This document shows, in pieces, positions 13,088-24,539 of a stretch of DNA of 64,000 bases. The notes under the pieces are model-generated. The model made no database searches, was not told where the DNA came from, and saw only the letters and a list, made by a program, of their open reading frames with translations. The stretch's first letter is position 1. Every line of letters begins with the position of its first letter. The stretch comes from Hypanus sabinus (Eukaryota), in NCBI RefSeq assembly GCF_030144855.1, contig NC_082725.1, positions 46,376,001 to 46,440,000 of the forward strand. The letters are read 5' to 3'. Position numbers and translations under genes: made by a program.

Positions 13088-13610
13088 CATGTTAAATAGA
13101 ACAGCAGCTGCCACTGTGCTTCACCTAGCAGAACTGCTGCCTCACAGCTGATAGATTCCAAGCCGTTGATGGTCCTCTTAACTAGTTAACTGGCTTCCTT
13201 CTATTCACCACCCTCACACCCTTCTTCCATCTCCACATGTCCATGTTAGATAAGAGCCTTGCTGTTTTGCTGCAAAATGATAACGGCAGGTCCAATGAAA
13301 TACGTATATGCACAATGTACAATGAACAGCTCCTGACAGCCAGCTCTACCATTATATTTTCTGATACAACTGAATGTCTAGTTAAGCCATTTCAAAAGAG
13401 CAAAGGGATTTTACTTACGGTACTATGTTCACAGCTGCCCAGTGATCAGCGACCCCTAATTAGACCACTACCCCATCAGCCAGCAGCTCCCCCCACCCCC
13501 CCAATCCAGGCACTGCTCATCACCACCTTCTCCATTCAGACCTCTGCCTATATTGGAGTATTGGAGTATAAAACTTGTATCATTTGCTCTAGTCAGTTTG
13601 CTATGCATGC

Positions 13611-15545
13611 CAGACCTCTGTCCATCACCACCTTCTCCATCCAGACCTCTGTCCATCACCACCTTCTCCATCCAGACCTCTGTCCATCACCACCTTCTCC
13701 ATCCAGGCCTCTGCTCAACACCACCTTCTCCATCCGGACCTCTGTCCATCACCACCTTCTCCATCCGGACCTCTGTCCATCACCACCTTCTCCATCCGGA
13801 CCTCTGTCCATCACCACCTTCTCCATCCGGACCTCTGCTCAACACCACCTTCTCCATCCAGACCTCTGTCCATCACCACCTTCTCCATCCAGACCTCTGT
13901 CCATCACCACCTTCTCCATCCAGGCCTCTGCTCAACACCACCTTCTCCATCCAGGCCTCTGTCCATCACCACCTTCTCCATCCGGACCTCTGTCCATCAC
14001 CACCTTCTCCATCCGGACCTCTGCTCAACACCACCTTCTCCATCCAGACCTCTGTCCATCACCACCTTCTCCATCCGGACCTCTGTCCATCACCACCTTC
14101 TCCATCCGGACCTCTGCTCAACACCACCTTCTCCATCCGGACCTCTGTCCATCACCACCTTCTCCATCCGGACCTCTGTCCATCACCACCTTCTCCATCC
14201 GGACCTCTGTCCATCACCACCTTCTCCATCCGGACCTCTGTCCATCACCACCTTCTCCATCCAGACCTCTGCTCAACACCACCTTCTCCATCCGGACCTC
14301 TGTCCATCACCACCTTCTCCATCCGGACCTCTGCTCAACACCACCTTCTCCATCCGGACCTCTGTCCATCACCACCTTCTCCATCCGGACCTCTGTCCAT
14401 CACCACCTTCTCCATCCAGGCCTCTGCTCAACACCACCTTCCTCCATCCAGGCCTCTGCTCAACACCACCTTCTCCATCCGGACCTCTGCTCAACACCAC
14501 CTTCTCCATCCAGACCTCTGTCCATCACCACCTTCTCCATCCAGGCCTCTGCTCAACACCACCTTCTCCATCCAGGCCTCTGCTCAACACCACCTTCTCC
14601 ATCCAGGCCTCTGCTCAACACCACCTTCTCCATCCGGACCTCTGTCCATCACCACCTTCTCCATCCAGACCTCTGTCCATCACCACCTTCTCCATCCAGG
14701 CCTCTGCTCAACACCACCTTCTCCATCCAGGCCTCTGCTCAACACCACCTTCTCCATCCGGACCTCTGCTCAACACCACCTTCTCCATCCAGACCTCTGT
14801 CCATCACCACCTTCTCCATCCAGACCTCTGCTCAACACCACCTTCTCCATCCGGACCTCTGTCCATCACCACCTTCTCCATCCAGACCTCTGTCCATCAC
14901 CATCTTCTCCATCCAGGCCTCTGCTCAACACCACCTTCTCCATCCGGACCTCTGTCCATCACCACCTTCTCCATCCAGACCTCTGCTCAACACCACCTTC
15001 TCCATCCAGACCTCTGCTCAACACCACCTTCTCCATCCAGGCCTCTGCTCAACACCACCTTCTCCATCCAGGCCTCTGCTCAACACCACCCTCTCCATCC
15101 GGACCTCTGCTCATCACCACCTTCTCCATCCGGACCTCTGTCCATCACCACCTTCTCCATCCGGACCTCTGTCCATCACCACCTTCTCCATCCAGGCCTC
15201 TGCTCAACACCACCTTCTCCATCCGGACCTCTGTCCATCACCACCCTCTCCATCCGGACCTCTGCTCAACACCACCTTCTCCATCCGGACCTCTGTCCAT
15301 CACCACCTTCTCCATCCGGACCTCTGTCCATCACCACCTTCTCCATCCAGGCCTCTGCTCAACACCACCTTCCTCCATCCAGGCCTCTGCTCAACACCAC
15401 CTTCTCCATCCGGACCTCTGTCCATCACCACCTTCTCCATCCAGGCCTCTGCTCAACACCACCTTCTCCATCCGGACCTCTGTCCATCACCACCCTCTCC
15501 ATCCGGACCTCTGTCCATCACCACCTTCTCCATCCGGACCTCTGC
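13611..15545. repeat. 31-bp minisatellite, about 62 units, in ALDH5A1 intron 1
   Basis: Unit TCCATCACCACCTTCTCCATCC(A/G)G(A/G)CCTCTG with a TCCAT/CTCAA variant. One detached unit lies at about 13502-13547. Confidence 0.98.
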
Positions 15546-15617
15546 CCAGAGGCTCCCCTCGTTCCCGGCGGCCGGATGCCGCGGGTTGTACCCCCTACCC
15601 CCCGCTCCGGGGCTCAC

Positions 15618-15887
15618 CTTGCTGGTAGCTGCTCTCCAGCCGGGCAGGCCTTCGTATGCCGCCTTCACTGCGGCCCTGGCGTCCGGTGGCCCGCAGTCAG
15701 CCACCGTGGTCAGCTGTTGTCCACTGGCCGGCTCCTGCACGGCGAACACGCCGCCGCTCTCCGCCTCCAGCCAGCGCCCGCCGATGTAAGCCTGCGAGCG
15801 CAGCAGCGCCGAGCCTGCCAAGGTCGAGCAGGCCTGGACTTGAGACCAAACGGTGGACAACATGTCCCAGCAGCCACGTCGTAACAT
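15618..15887 (-). CDS. ALDH5A1: Succinate-semialdehyde dehydrogenase, coding exon 1 (mitochondrial presequence + N-terminus)
   Basis: ATG at 15887; LLRSQAYIGGRWL..VFAVQEPASGQQLTTVADCGPPDARAAVKAAYE..WRAATSK|gtgag; 270 nt, phase 0; CpG-rich. Confidence 0.93.
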
Positions 15888-15990
15888 TGCCTCGATTCAG
15901 CGGCTGCGATCCACTACCTTCCCCGGCAGTACAAGGGAACTGTACTGTCTACAGTAGCACCGCCCACCTCACACAACCAATGCATTGCCG
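15888..15990. promoter_or_regulatory. Putative ALDH5A1 promoter (CpG-rich, two inverted ZNF143/SBS-like motifs, GC box, CCAAT)
   Basis: ACTACCTTCCCCGGCAG at 15913, GGGAACTGTAC at 15935-15945, CCGCCC at about 15960, CCAAT at 15977. Confidence 0.5.
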
Positions 15991-16144
15991 CAGACACAAG
16001 GAAGAGACTTGCACTCGCTGGAAATCTACAGCAATTGAGCAAATCAGGCAGCCTCTGTGGAGAATCATAGACCATCACGTCACAGAAATAGGCCCTTTGG
16101 CCCATCTAGTCCGTGCCAGAACTGGCTAGTGCCTTTGATCCGCA

Positions 16145-17650
16145 GAAAACATCTGGCCAAATCCTAAAAATCTGTGCTAATCAACTGGCTGGAGAGTTTA
16201 CTGACATCTTTAACCTCTCACTTCGGCAGTCTGAGATACCCACCTGTTCAAGCAGGCTTGGATCATACTGGTGCCCAAGAAGAAGGTGCTGACCTGCCTC
16301 AACGTCTATCATCCAGTGGTACTTGCATCCTCTGTGATGACGTGTTTTGAGGTGTTGGTCATGAAGCCAGTCAACTTCTACCTGGGGAGTGATTTGGATC
16401 CACTCTAATTTGCCTACCATCACAACAGATGCCTTACATTGGCCCTCCACTCTGCTGTAGAGCATCTGGACAATGAAGATGCTTACATCAGGATGCTCCT
16501 CATTGACTACAGCTCAGCATTCAACACTCTCACCTCCTCAAAACTAACCAACAGGTTCCAAGACCCAGGGCTCAATATCTCCTTGTGCAACTGGATCCTC
16601 GATTTCTTCACTTGCAGACCCCAGTCAGTAACAATTGGCAACAACATGTCTTCCATGATCTCCATCAGCATAGGTGCAAAACAGGGCTGCGTGCTTAGCC
16701 CCCTGTTCTACTTGCTTTATACTTACGATTGTGAGGCTAAGTGCAGCTCCAATGCCATAATTAAGTTTGCTGATGGCTGAATCAAAGGTGATGATGAATC
16801 AGCCAAGGAGGGAGATTGAAAATCTGGTTCAGTGGTGCCACAACGATCTCTCACTCAATGCCAGCAAAACCAAAGAGCTGAATATTGACCAGGAAGGAAT
16901 TGGGGGCCTATGAACCAGGTTCATTAGGGATTGGAGGGGGAGAGGCTCAGTAACTGTAAATTCATGGGTGTTATCATATCAGAGCATTGTCCTGGGACCA
17001 GCATGTATGTGCCATTTGAAAGAAAGCATCGCAGTGTCTTCACTTTCTTAGAAGTTTACATAAATTCAGCATGTCATCTAAAACTCCTGACAACATTCTA
17101 TAGATTCAGTGGAAGAGTATCCTAACTGGTTGCATCACTGGTATGGAAGCACCAGTGACCGCAAATTGAAAAGCTTACAAAAGGTGGTGGATATAGCCCA
17201 GTTCATCACAGGAAAAGTCCTCCCCACTATTGAGCACATCTACAAAGAGTGCTGCCACTAGAAAGCAGCATCCATCATCAAGGAACCCCACTATCCAGGT
17301 TATGCACTCTTCCTGCTGCTACCAAAATTACTGGAGCCTTAGGTCCCATCCATCAGGTTCAGGAACAGCTGTTACCCTTCAACCATCAGGGTCCTGAACC
17401 AGCGTGGACAACTTCACTCAACACAATACTAATCACTACACACAACCTATGTACTCGACAACTCATGCTGTCATTATTTACTTATATGTTTGCAGTTTGC
17501 CCTCTTTTGCATACTGGTGGCTTGTCAGTCTTTGTGTGTAGCTTTTCATTATATTGTACTTTTTTTGTTCCACTGTGAATGCCTGCAAGAAAATGAATGT
17601 CAGTGTAGTATTTGGCGATGTACAGACTTTGAGAATAAGTTTACTTTGGA
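16145..17650 (+). mobile_element. Rex1/Babar LINE, 5'-truncated and degenerate
   Basis: YIRMLLIDYSSAFNT..QGCVLSPLFYLLYTYDC..IIKFADG; the 3' UTR ends ...AATAAGTTTACTTTG. Confidence 0.88.
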
Positions 17651-17929
17651 CAACCAAGAGACATTTAGCCAGGCACATGAACAGGGATTTGAAGGATATC
17701 GACCACTTTCATCCTAAATTGACTTCAGGGTCAGCACTGACATCGTGGACTGAAGGGCCTGTTGCTGTGCTGCATTAGTCTATACTTTAGGATGAGGGGA
17801 CAGGAATTTAGAGAGCAGCTGAGTAAGAATCTTTGTGCCCACAGGGTGGCTGGAAGGCGGAACTCTGTGCTTGTGTACAGATCAGCAGCCTCAATGTGCT
17901 GGAGGACAGCAGCCATGCAGGGGAATAAA

Positions 17930-18180
17930 CAATCAAGGATGTGGGCCGAGACCCCACATTTGGACTGGAAAGGATGGTGGCAAAAGCCAGAATAAGATGG
18001 TGGTGGGGGGGGGGTGGGGAAGTGCAAATTGGCAGGTGATAGGTGAGGTGGGGGGGGGGAATGAAGAAGCTGGGAGGTGATGGGTGGAAGAGGTAAAGAG
18101 CTGAAGAAGAAATCTAACAGGAGAGGATGGTGTACAATGGAAAAAAAGGAATGAAGAGGGAAAACAGGGAAGTGATGGGC
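17930..18180 (-). mobile_element. Penelope pseudo-LTR fragment
   Basis: Similar to 7640-7960 (gggccgagacccc followed by a purine-rich tract). Confidence 0.65.
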
Positions 18181-20371
18181 TGTGATGAAACTTGATGGTC
18201 GAATGGACCTGTTGCTGTGCTGTTCTGAAATGCTCCATCATATATATGTTGAAGACAACAGTTTTGTGTGCTGAGAATTTACTCCATACAAGGTACAATC
18301 CAACAGCCCTCATCTTTGGATTCATTAAGTTGGTCAAAATGTGGACTTTATAAACATTATTGTTAATGTTTTCTTAATGTTCCATCTGCACAGTTGACTG
18401 AAGTACACCCCTGTTTGTTACAAGATAATAATTCAGAATCCAGTCATGCGATAGAGCCAGTGTCTCACAATAATGTAAGAGTAAAATAGCAAAATACACA
18501 GATATATGAAAGAGAAGAATAAAGCTTGTGATATCATTCACCTACAACTCTTAACAGGAAAATCATTAAATTCCATATGCCTTTCCACAAAAGATTGACT
18601 TTGTAAATAAATTGAAAGATCAGAAATCGAAATGCAAATAAAATCATTGAACTTTAGATCCCCATTTCTCTTTTACATTATCCCTTTGAAAATCTTCTAA
18701 TGCAACAACATCCATAACAACTCTGTTGAGGTAGGCCCTCATAATTGACTTCAAATTGAGTCAACAAAAGCATGATGCTATAATTATAAGTTGGGATGGA
18801 TGCCAAAATGTTGTGGTTCCATAATGTTTCCATTCATTAATTCCACTATATTAATCTCTGGAAATTTTCTGATGTGAAAGTGCAATCAACCAATCACAGT
18901 TTTACTGGGGCAGAATTAGACATCTGCCCCTCTTTGTATGACAACATGCTTTCTGAATTCTTTCCTGAATTATGTAACACTATTTTCAAGTTTAAACTTG
19001 TTTGCTCAGGATTCAGCTAACAGGGAAAGTAGTTGTTATCCATCCAACTGAATTATTTTATCAATCTATACACTTGATTGAAGCACTTAGTTATCCATAA
19101 TAAAAGGAACACAGGCTGTGCAATTAGTTCCTGTATTTTATACAGCTTTACAGCTCACTACAGGCCGTGTGGTCCACACCATTTTACAATACTTTTGACT
19201 GGGAATTAATACATTTACAACATCTTTTCAAAATAATGAAGGGCCTTTATCCAGAAAGACAGAAGAAACCGCCTTTTTTCCCCGAAGATCAGCAATGAGA
19301 AGACAGAATTAAAATAATTCACAAAGGCACTGAAATTGAGATAGAAGATTTTATTCCCTCTGCCCCAGAATAAATATACTCTGGCCTGAAATCAGCTGAC
19401 TAAATGTGTTAAGGAAGTTGATTTAGCACTAACCTTTGAAAGGGAATTGAATAAATACTTGATAAAGAAGTCTGGCTGCAGGAAAAGAGAAATAACTACT
19501 AACACACTATCACAGAAACAATCTGAAAGGCCTCCTTCTGTGTTACATTAATGCAAGGCCTTGAGGTGGCATGGCCCCCATCTTCCTAAAATGACACAAA
19601 ACCTCAAAAGTGGTTCATTAATCCATACTTTGAATTTATGAACATTTCCATTACTGACCGAATGCTGTTTACGTGGCCTGTGTTCTTCTACAGAATGACA
19701 TGAAAACATTTTCTTGCACTGGTTTGTAGTTTCTTTAGTCATTCTTCAAGATTTAAAACTCTATAAAGTGCAGTGGGTTTACCCAAATCCACTAGCATCA
19801 ACTTCCTAATCTCTTATGCTACAGGGCCAAATGATAAATGGAACAAATTAAATTAAGATGTGGGAATGGGATTGATAATATTTCCTAAAGCCAACAATTG
19901 ACAACTCCACTAATGTTTTGGTAATACTACAGTGCAAATCATCTCTCTGTACTCTTAGCTAAGAGGTTCCAAAGTCTGCTGCCACAAGTAATCATGACAG
20001 AATAAATAATAATGTCAACATAATTTTATCCATAATTAGTGGAATGCATGGCTACAGGAAGCATTAAGCCAACCATATGTAGACAATGCATTACTATTGC
20101 TTTTGTGTAATAACTGTTTTGTCTCTCATGCCTCCAACATTCAAAGACTTCTAAACTCCAATGTAATATGATGATGGAGACAGGGCTGGAAATTTTTCAT
20201 GCTGTTGACGTGTATGTAATAACTTAGAATATTGGTAGTTCAATCTGCAATACAAACATAATTTATTTCCTAAATTAAATTGCTATTCACGAGTTGTGCA
20301 GGATTACACCTCTGTTCTGGTTCTACCAGGCTTAGCTTCCAGAGTCCATCATCAACGTGTTGACTTAACGT

Positions 20372-20434
20372 TTATAATTTTGAACCATGCCTCATGCCAC
20401 CCAGCAGTTGCGACCTTTTCAAGACAGACGGCAT
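20372..20434 (-). CDS. MRS2: MRS2 coding exon 11 (terminal; best candidate)
   Basis: ttttgttgttctag|MPSVLKRSQLLGGMRHGSKL-TAA, phase 0. Loosely resembles the vertebrate MRS2 tail (human MASLPKKTLL...). Confidence 0.7.
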   Translation of the reverse strand: MPSVLKRSQLLGGMRHGSKL

Positions 20435-20589
20435 CTAGAACAACAAAAGTGGCTTCTGATTAGTTCATAATCATGCAGTTTAAATCCACTTCTTCATTTA
20501 CTTGCAAAGGCACAAACCAAAGGTGGTCACAATTAAATTAGTAATGTGTAGCTAAATAATCAAACCTTTATATACCATGGGAGCTAAGT

Positions 20590-21091
20590 GACTTGGTGCA
20601 TTATTGGTGGTGCATCGTGTCCAACAGTGGCAGGAAATCTGTACAAGAGTTTCTAAAGAGGAAGCCATTGCACTGTGCAGTACCACTCTTAACCTCATAC
20701 GTACAGGTCAAGTGGTATGACCAAGCGTTACAAGCTGAGGTTGCACTGGATAACCATGGTGATCTCTATCCCTGGCCATGCCCTCCGCTCTCCATGGAAT
20801 ATTGCAATACCACCTCCCTGGCTGTTGGATCTCACTCATCCCTCCAGTCCACTGGAGCTTTGCATGCTAGGATAGGCATGTCCCTATCTCACCAGGTGTA
20901 AGGTCACCGGCTGCCCTCACCTGGTTCAACCTGCCTGTCGAAGTGCTTTACTGGGGTGTGGCTGCTGTCACATGCAAACAGCTACTTAGAGCCACAGGTG
21001 AGAGCTGAGTATCCGGTGGGGACAGCGAGCTGTCCAGAATGGACGTGGCAAACCCCTTCACCAGAGGAGCTACCCCCTCCCTGGACACCCC
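20590..21091 (-). mobile_element. RTE-clade retrotransposon 5'UTR fragment with an HDV-like ribozyme fold
   Basis: Starts GGGGTGTCCAGGG..GGTGAAGGGG..CTCAGCTCTCACCTGTGGC..GCCACACCCC..CAGGTGAGGG, like RTE-1 5' ends (recalled). Nested pairings are visible. Confidence 0.7.
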
Positions 21092-21869
21092 ATAGTCACT
21101 GCTTAGATGATTATATTCTTCACACATCCTCAATCTAATTTGGAGAAGTACAATCCATAACTTAGACACCCAGAATTGTGGATAAAGTTGCCTAGAACAG
21201 TGTCCTTGTTAATCACTGAGAATAGCTGTAGCAGTCTGCTCTATTTCAGTAAGGAAAGGCTGGGGTTTTCACTGATCCTTGGGGACACATAAAAAAGCAC
21301 CTTAACCTGATGCTGATGACTTGAAAGTACTCAGTTATAACATGATGTGCAAATTCTCAGTGTTATAACATCCACATCAGGGAAATTTATCCTATCTAGA
21401 TAAATCTTAGACTGGAAATAGCAAACGTGAAAATGTAGTTGACTTAGATACATCAAACAAGGCCAACATCGAAAACTGTTGATGTAGATTTCAAAACATA
21501 GTGCATTACTTGCACCACATGATTTCCAGTGGCTCACTAATGCAACTCGCCCCATTCTCATGGGCAGCTAAGACTGGCCAATAACTGCTGATCATTAGTG
21601 ATTCCATACCCAACAGTAAATATCAAAAACACTCCCAAAGTTGGAAGTTACAATTTTTGACACTGCAACTTATTGGTTACCCAAGAATGGATGCACATTT
21701 GAATGCTCTATCTCACTTCAATTATACTTTTGCAAAAATTATTGCACCAGGCATTAATATTCTGTTTAGCAGTTTCTGTACAATTGATGTATTGAAATAC
21801 GGCAGGTGAAGGGAGTGCTAGAGGTTGATTCAATAGTGAATTTCAATAGGAAAATGCACTTTTGCTTGA

Positions 21870-22162
21870 AAGCTAAGACTAGAGTGCACTGCCTCAGAAT
21901 AGAGGAACATCCCATGAGACCAGAGATGAAGAGGAATTTCTTTAGCTTAGAGGGTGGCAAGTCTGTGGAACTCATTGCCACATATGCCCGGTCTCCGGGC
22001 ATATTTACAACTGAGGTTGATAGCTTCTTAATTAGTAAGGGCATCAAAGGGAGAAGACAGGAGAACGGGGTTGAGAGGGATGATAAATCAGCAATGATAG
22101 AATGGTGGAGTAGAGCTGAAAGCTAAATAGCCTGAATCTGCTCCTGTATCTTTGGTCTTATG
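21870..22162 (+). mobile_element. CR1 3' fragment
   Basis: EMKRNFFS motif and a CR1-type 3' UTR. Confidence 0.75.
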
Positions 22163-22270
22163 GAATTTGTAGTTTTTGAGAAAGAGGGGTTTGGTAGACT
22201 GGCTAGCTCTCAAACTGACCGTGAGCTGAAAGGTCTCCTTTTGGAATGAAACGACAGAACTGAGGCATAC

Positions 22271-22384
22271 CGATGGAGGTGCTGGAGGCTCCAGGTGCTG
22301 GCCCAGAAATGACAGAAGGCGTCGCCACATTAGTCCACTCCCTAGAAACATTATTCCTGTTATCAACCAGAAGAACCTGGGGTC
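22271..22384 (-). CDS. MRS2: MRS2 coding exon 10 (TM2)
   Basis: tttcag|DPRFFWLITGIMFLGSGLMWRRLLSFLGQHLEPPAPPS|gtatgc; 114 nt. Confidence 0.96.
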
Positions 22385-22823
22385 CTGAAAGTGTACAACA
22401 GAAAATTGCTCTGATGAAAGTATCTGCAGTCTCCTGTGTCTTCATTACATCCTGCTCTCTCTTTCCACAAGTGCTGCTTGACTTGCTGTGTTTCTAGCAA
22501 TTTTTGCTTTTATTTAAAACAGAGACAATTGTTCCCAGATTGAACTTAAAATGCAGACTGACCAGACTAGAAACTAAGGTTTATTAAATATTTTAAAGGC
22601 AGCAGTGAAAGCCTTAGCATCTTCCTTTTCAGAGTTAGTCCTATAAATCCATTGCATATTCTCAGACGTGATTACAGGGAGGAAAGAATGCCCATATTGC
22701 ACCCAACTCTGATCTGTCACAATGTCATACTGAGTGAAAATTAACCTGGCTGGGTGGTGGCATTGTGACTCTCCATAGCTCGCCCATTCCTGTTTACTGG
22801 TGATGTCATCATATCGGTCTCAC

Positions 22824-22941
22824 CTCTTCAAAGGAGGATTCCAAATTCATACCAAAGGCAACTCCAACAATTCCAAAAAGAGAAACTGAAAATGTTCCCA
22901 TTGTCAGCTGGAGGTTCAAGCGCATCATCACATTACGATGG
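22824..22941 (-). CDS. MRS2: MRS2 coding exon 9 (TM1, GMN motif)
   Basis: ctgcag|(S)HRNVMMRLNLQLTMGTFSVSLFGIVGVAFGMNLESSFEE|gtgaga; 118 nt; carries the CorA/Mrs2 GMN signature. Confidence 0.97.
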
Positions 22942-23027
22942 CTGCAGAAAACCAAAATTAATAGTGCACACCCACTGATTCCGACAGGAGCAAGCTCTAC
23001 AGTAAAACACACACAGTGGCATCAGGT

Positions 23028-23470
23028 TGTTGGGAGTGTTTTTTTTAAACATTTTTTTCAATTCAGCTATTCAAAAATTTGAAATTATTGGAGTATAAAG
23101 TTGCATTGTTTGCTGTGTAACCAAAACTATCCAATTTAGTAGGAGAATGAAATCTCTGTATTGTCTCTGTACTATTGGACACATCAATGCCTTGAGAATG
23201 TAGCTAACAGTGAAAATAAGCAATGTAGAGATAACGGTGGTAGACAGGATCGTGGAGTGGTGTGATGGTATGGGGACCGGTCGGGATGCTAGGACAAGTA
23301 TATGCTAATGCAACTAAGATAAGAAATTACTATAAAGAGTGCAGTGAACTAGGGCTCGGCAGACAATTAGTGACACGCTCATTAACTGTCTCAGCTTTTG
23401 TTTGCAAATAAAGGCTTAAACTTCTCAAAGAATCTTCTGCGTCTCCTGGTTATTTCAAGAAACCACGACA
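23028..23470 (+). mobile_element. Probable solo LTR (left boundary uncertain)
   Basis: TATAAA at about 23330, AATAAA at about 23407, ends CCACGACA. TG start is tentative and no TSD was found. Confidence 0.4.
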
Positions 23471-23839
23471 AAAATCAAGCTGTATGCTTTAAGAAAGCAG
23501 TATTTCACCACTCGTTAAGAACTGATCATAAACATACCGAAACTTTTTTTTTGTTTTAAAACCAACATCTGTATCTCAGGAAACTTTGCAGAAGTGGAAG
23601 GAGAAAAAATGAGAGCTGTAAAGGAGACACGAGGACTGGTGTGAGGTGAAGGAGAGGGAGGGGTGTGGGGGCAGACATGACTAGGTGGGAGGGGGTGAGA
23701 GATGGCTTGAAGAGGAGGGTTGGAGATGAGCATCAAAGGACCCTATTTCATAATCCATGTGACCGATGGCAAAAGCAGTGCTGGTAAGGAAACCAGTATT
23801 CAAGGAGAGTGAGGTATAACAGAGGTTAAAAAGAGCTGG

Positions 23840-24160
23840 AGAGGTTAACTTCACTCAACTTCACTTGACCTGCTCCATCACTGAAATGTTCCCACAACCA
23901 ATGGATTCACTTTCAAGGACTCTTCATCTCACGTACTCAATATTTATTGTTTATTTATTAATATATTATTGTTTCTTCCTTTTGCATTTGCAGAGTTTTC
24001 TGCAGTCTGGTTGAAAGCCCCTAGTTTGGCAATAATTCATCGATTCTGTTAAAATTACTATTCTATAGATTTGCTGAGTACGTTCACAAGAAAATGATTC
24101 TCAGGTAGTTTATGGTGACATATACATACTTCAAGAATAAACTTACTTTTAACTTTGAAG
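23840..24160 (+). mobile_element. Rex1/Babar 3' UTR fragment
   Basis: Similar to 43340-43570 and 17400-17650; ends AATAAACTTACTTTTAACTTTGAA. Confidence 0.7.
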
Positions 24161-24539
24161 TTCAGTGCAACAATCAACTACTTTTGGTAGATATACTAAC
24201 TCAATATTATAGTTACTGACCCACTATGTTTGCATGAAGTTTTGGTGCATTTTTATTTTAGTTATCCTGTAACACATATGTTAACAGAGCAAAAGCCTTT
24301 TAATATGTTTAAATTTTCAATTTAAAATCACATAAACACACAATTGACAACACTCTAGCTAAATGCATGTAGGCATTATATTTCTCCAAATTACTTTTGG
24401 AGATCTTCATCCAAATCCTTTGAAAATAGTGAATACTTTAATTGCAATCTCCTTCTCACAAATTTTCTATGTGAAACATTATTTAGGATAGCAAATTAGT
24501 TTAGTAATATCAGAGAGAAGTGGGGATGGAGGGCTGCTC

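Noticed and set aside
13611-15545. CRISPR-like array
   Set aside because: Units are contiguous with no unique spacers, the context is eukaryotic, and there are no cas genes.
15453-15617. C-terminal part of the 144-aa ALDH5A1 ORF
   Set aside because: Intronic read-through past the GTGAG donor into the minisatellite.
13237-15789. 850-aa and 691-aa Pro/His/Ser-rich ORFs on +
   Set aside because: By-products of a stop-free 31-bp tandem repeat. They overlap in different frames and are antisense to ALDH5A1, with no coding evidence.
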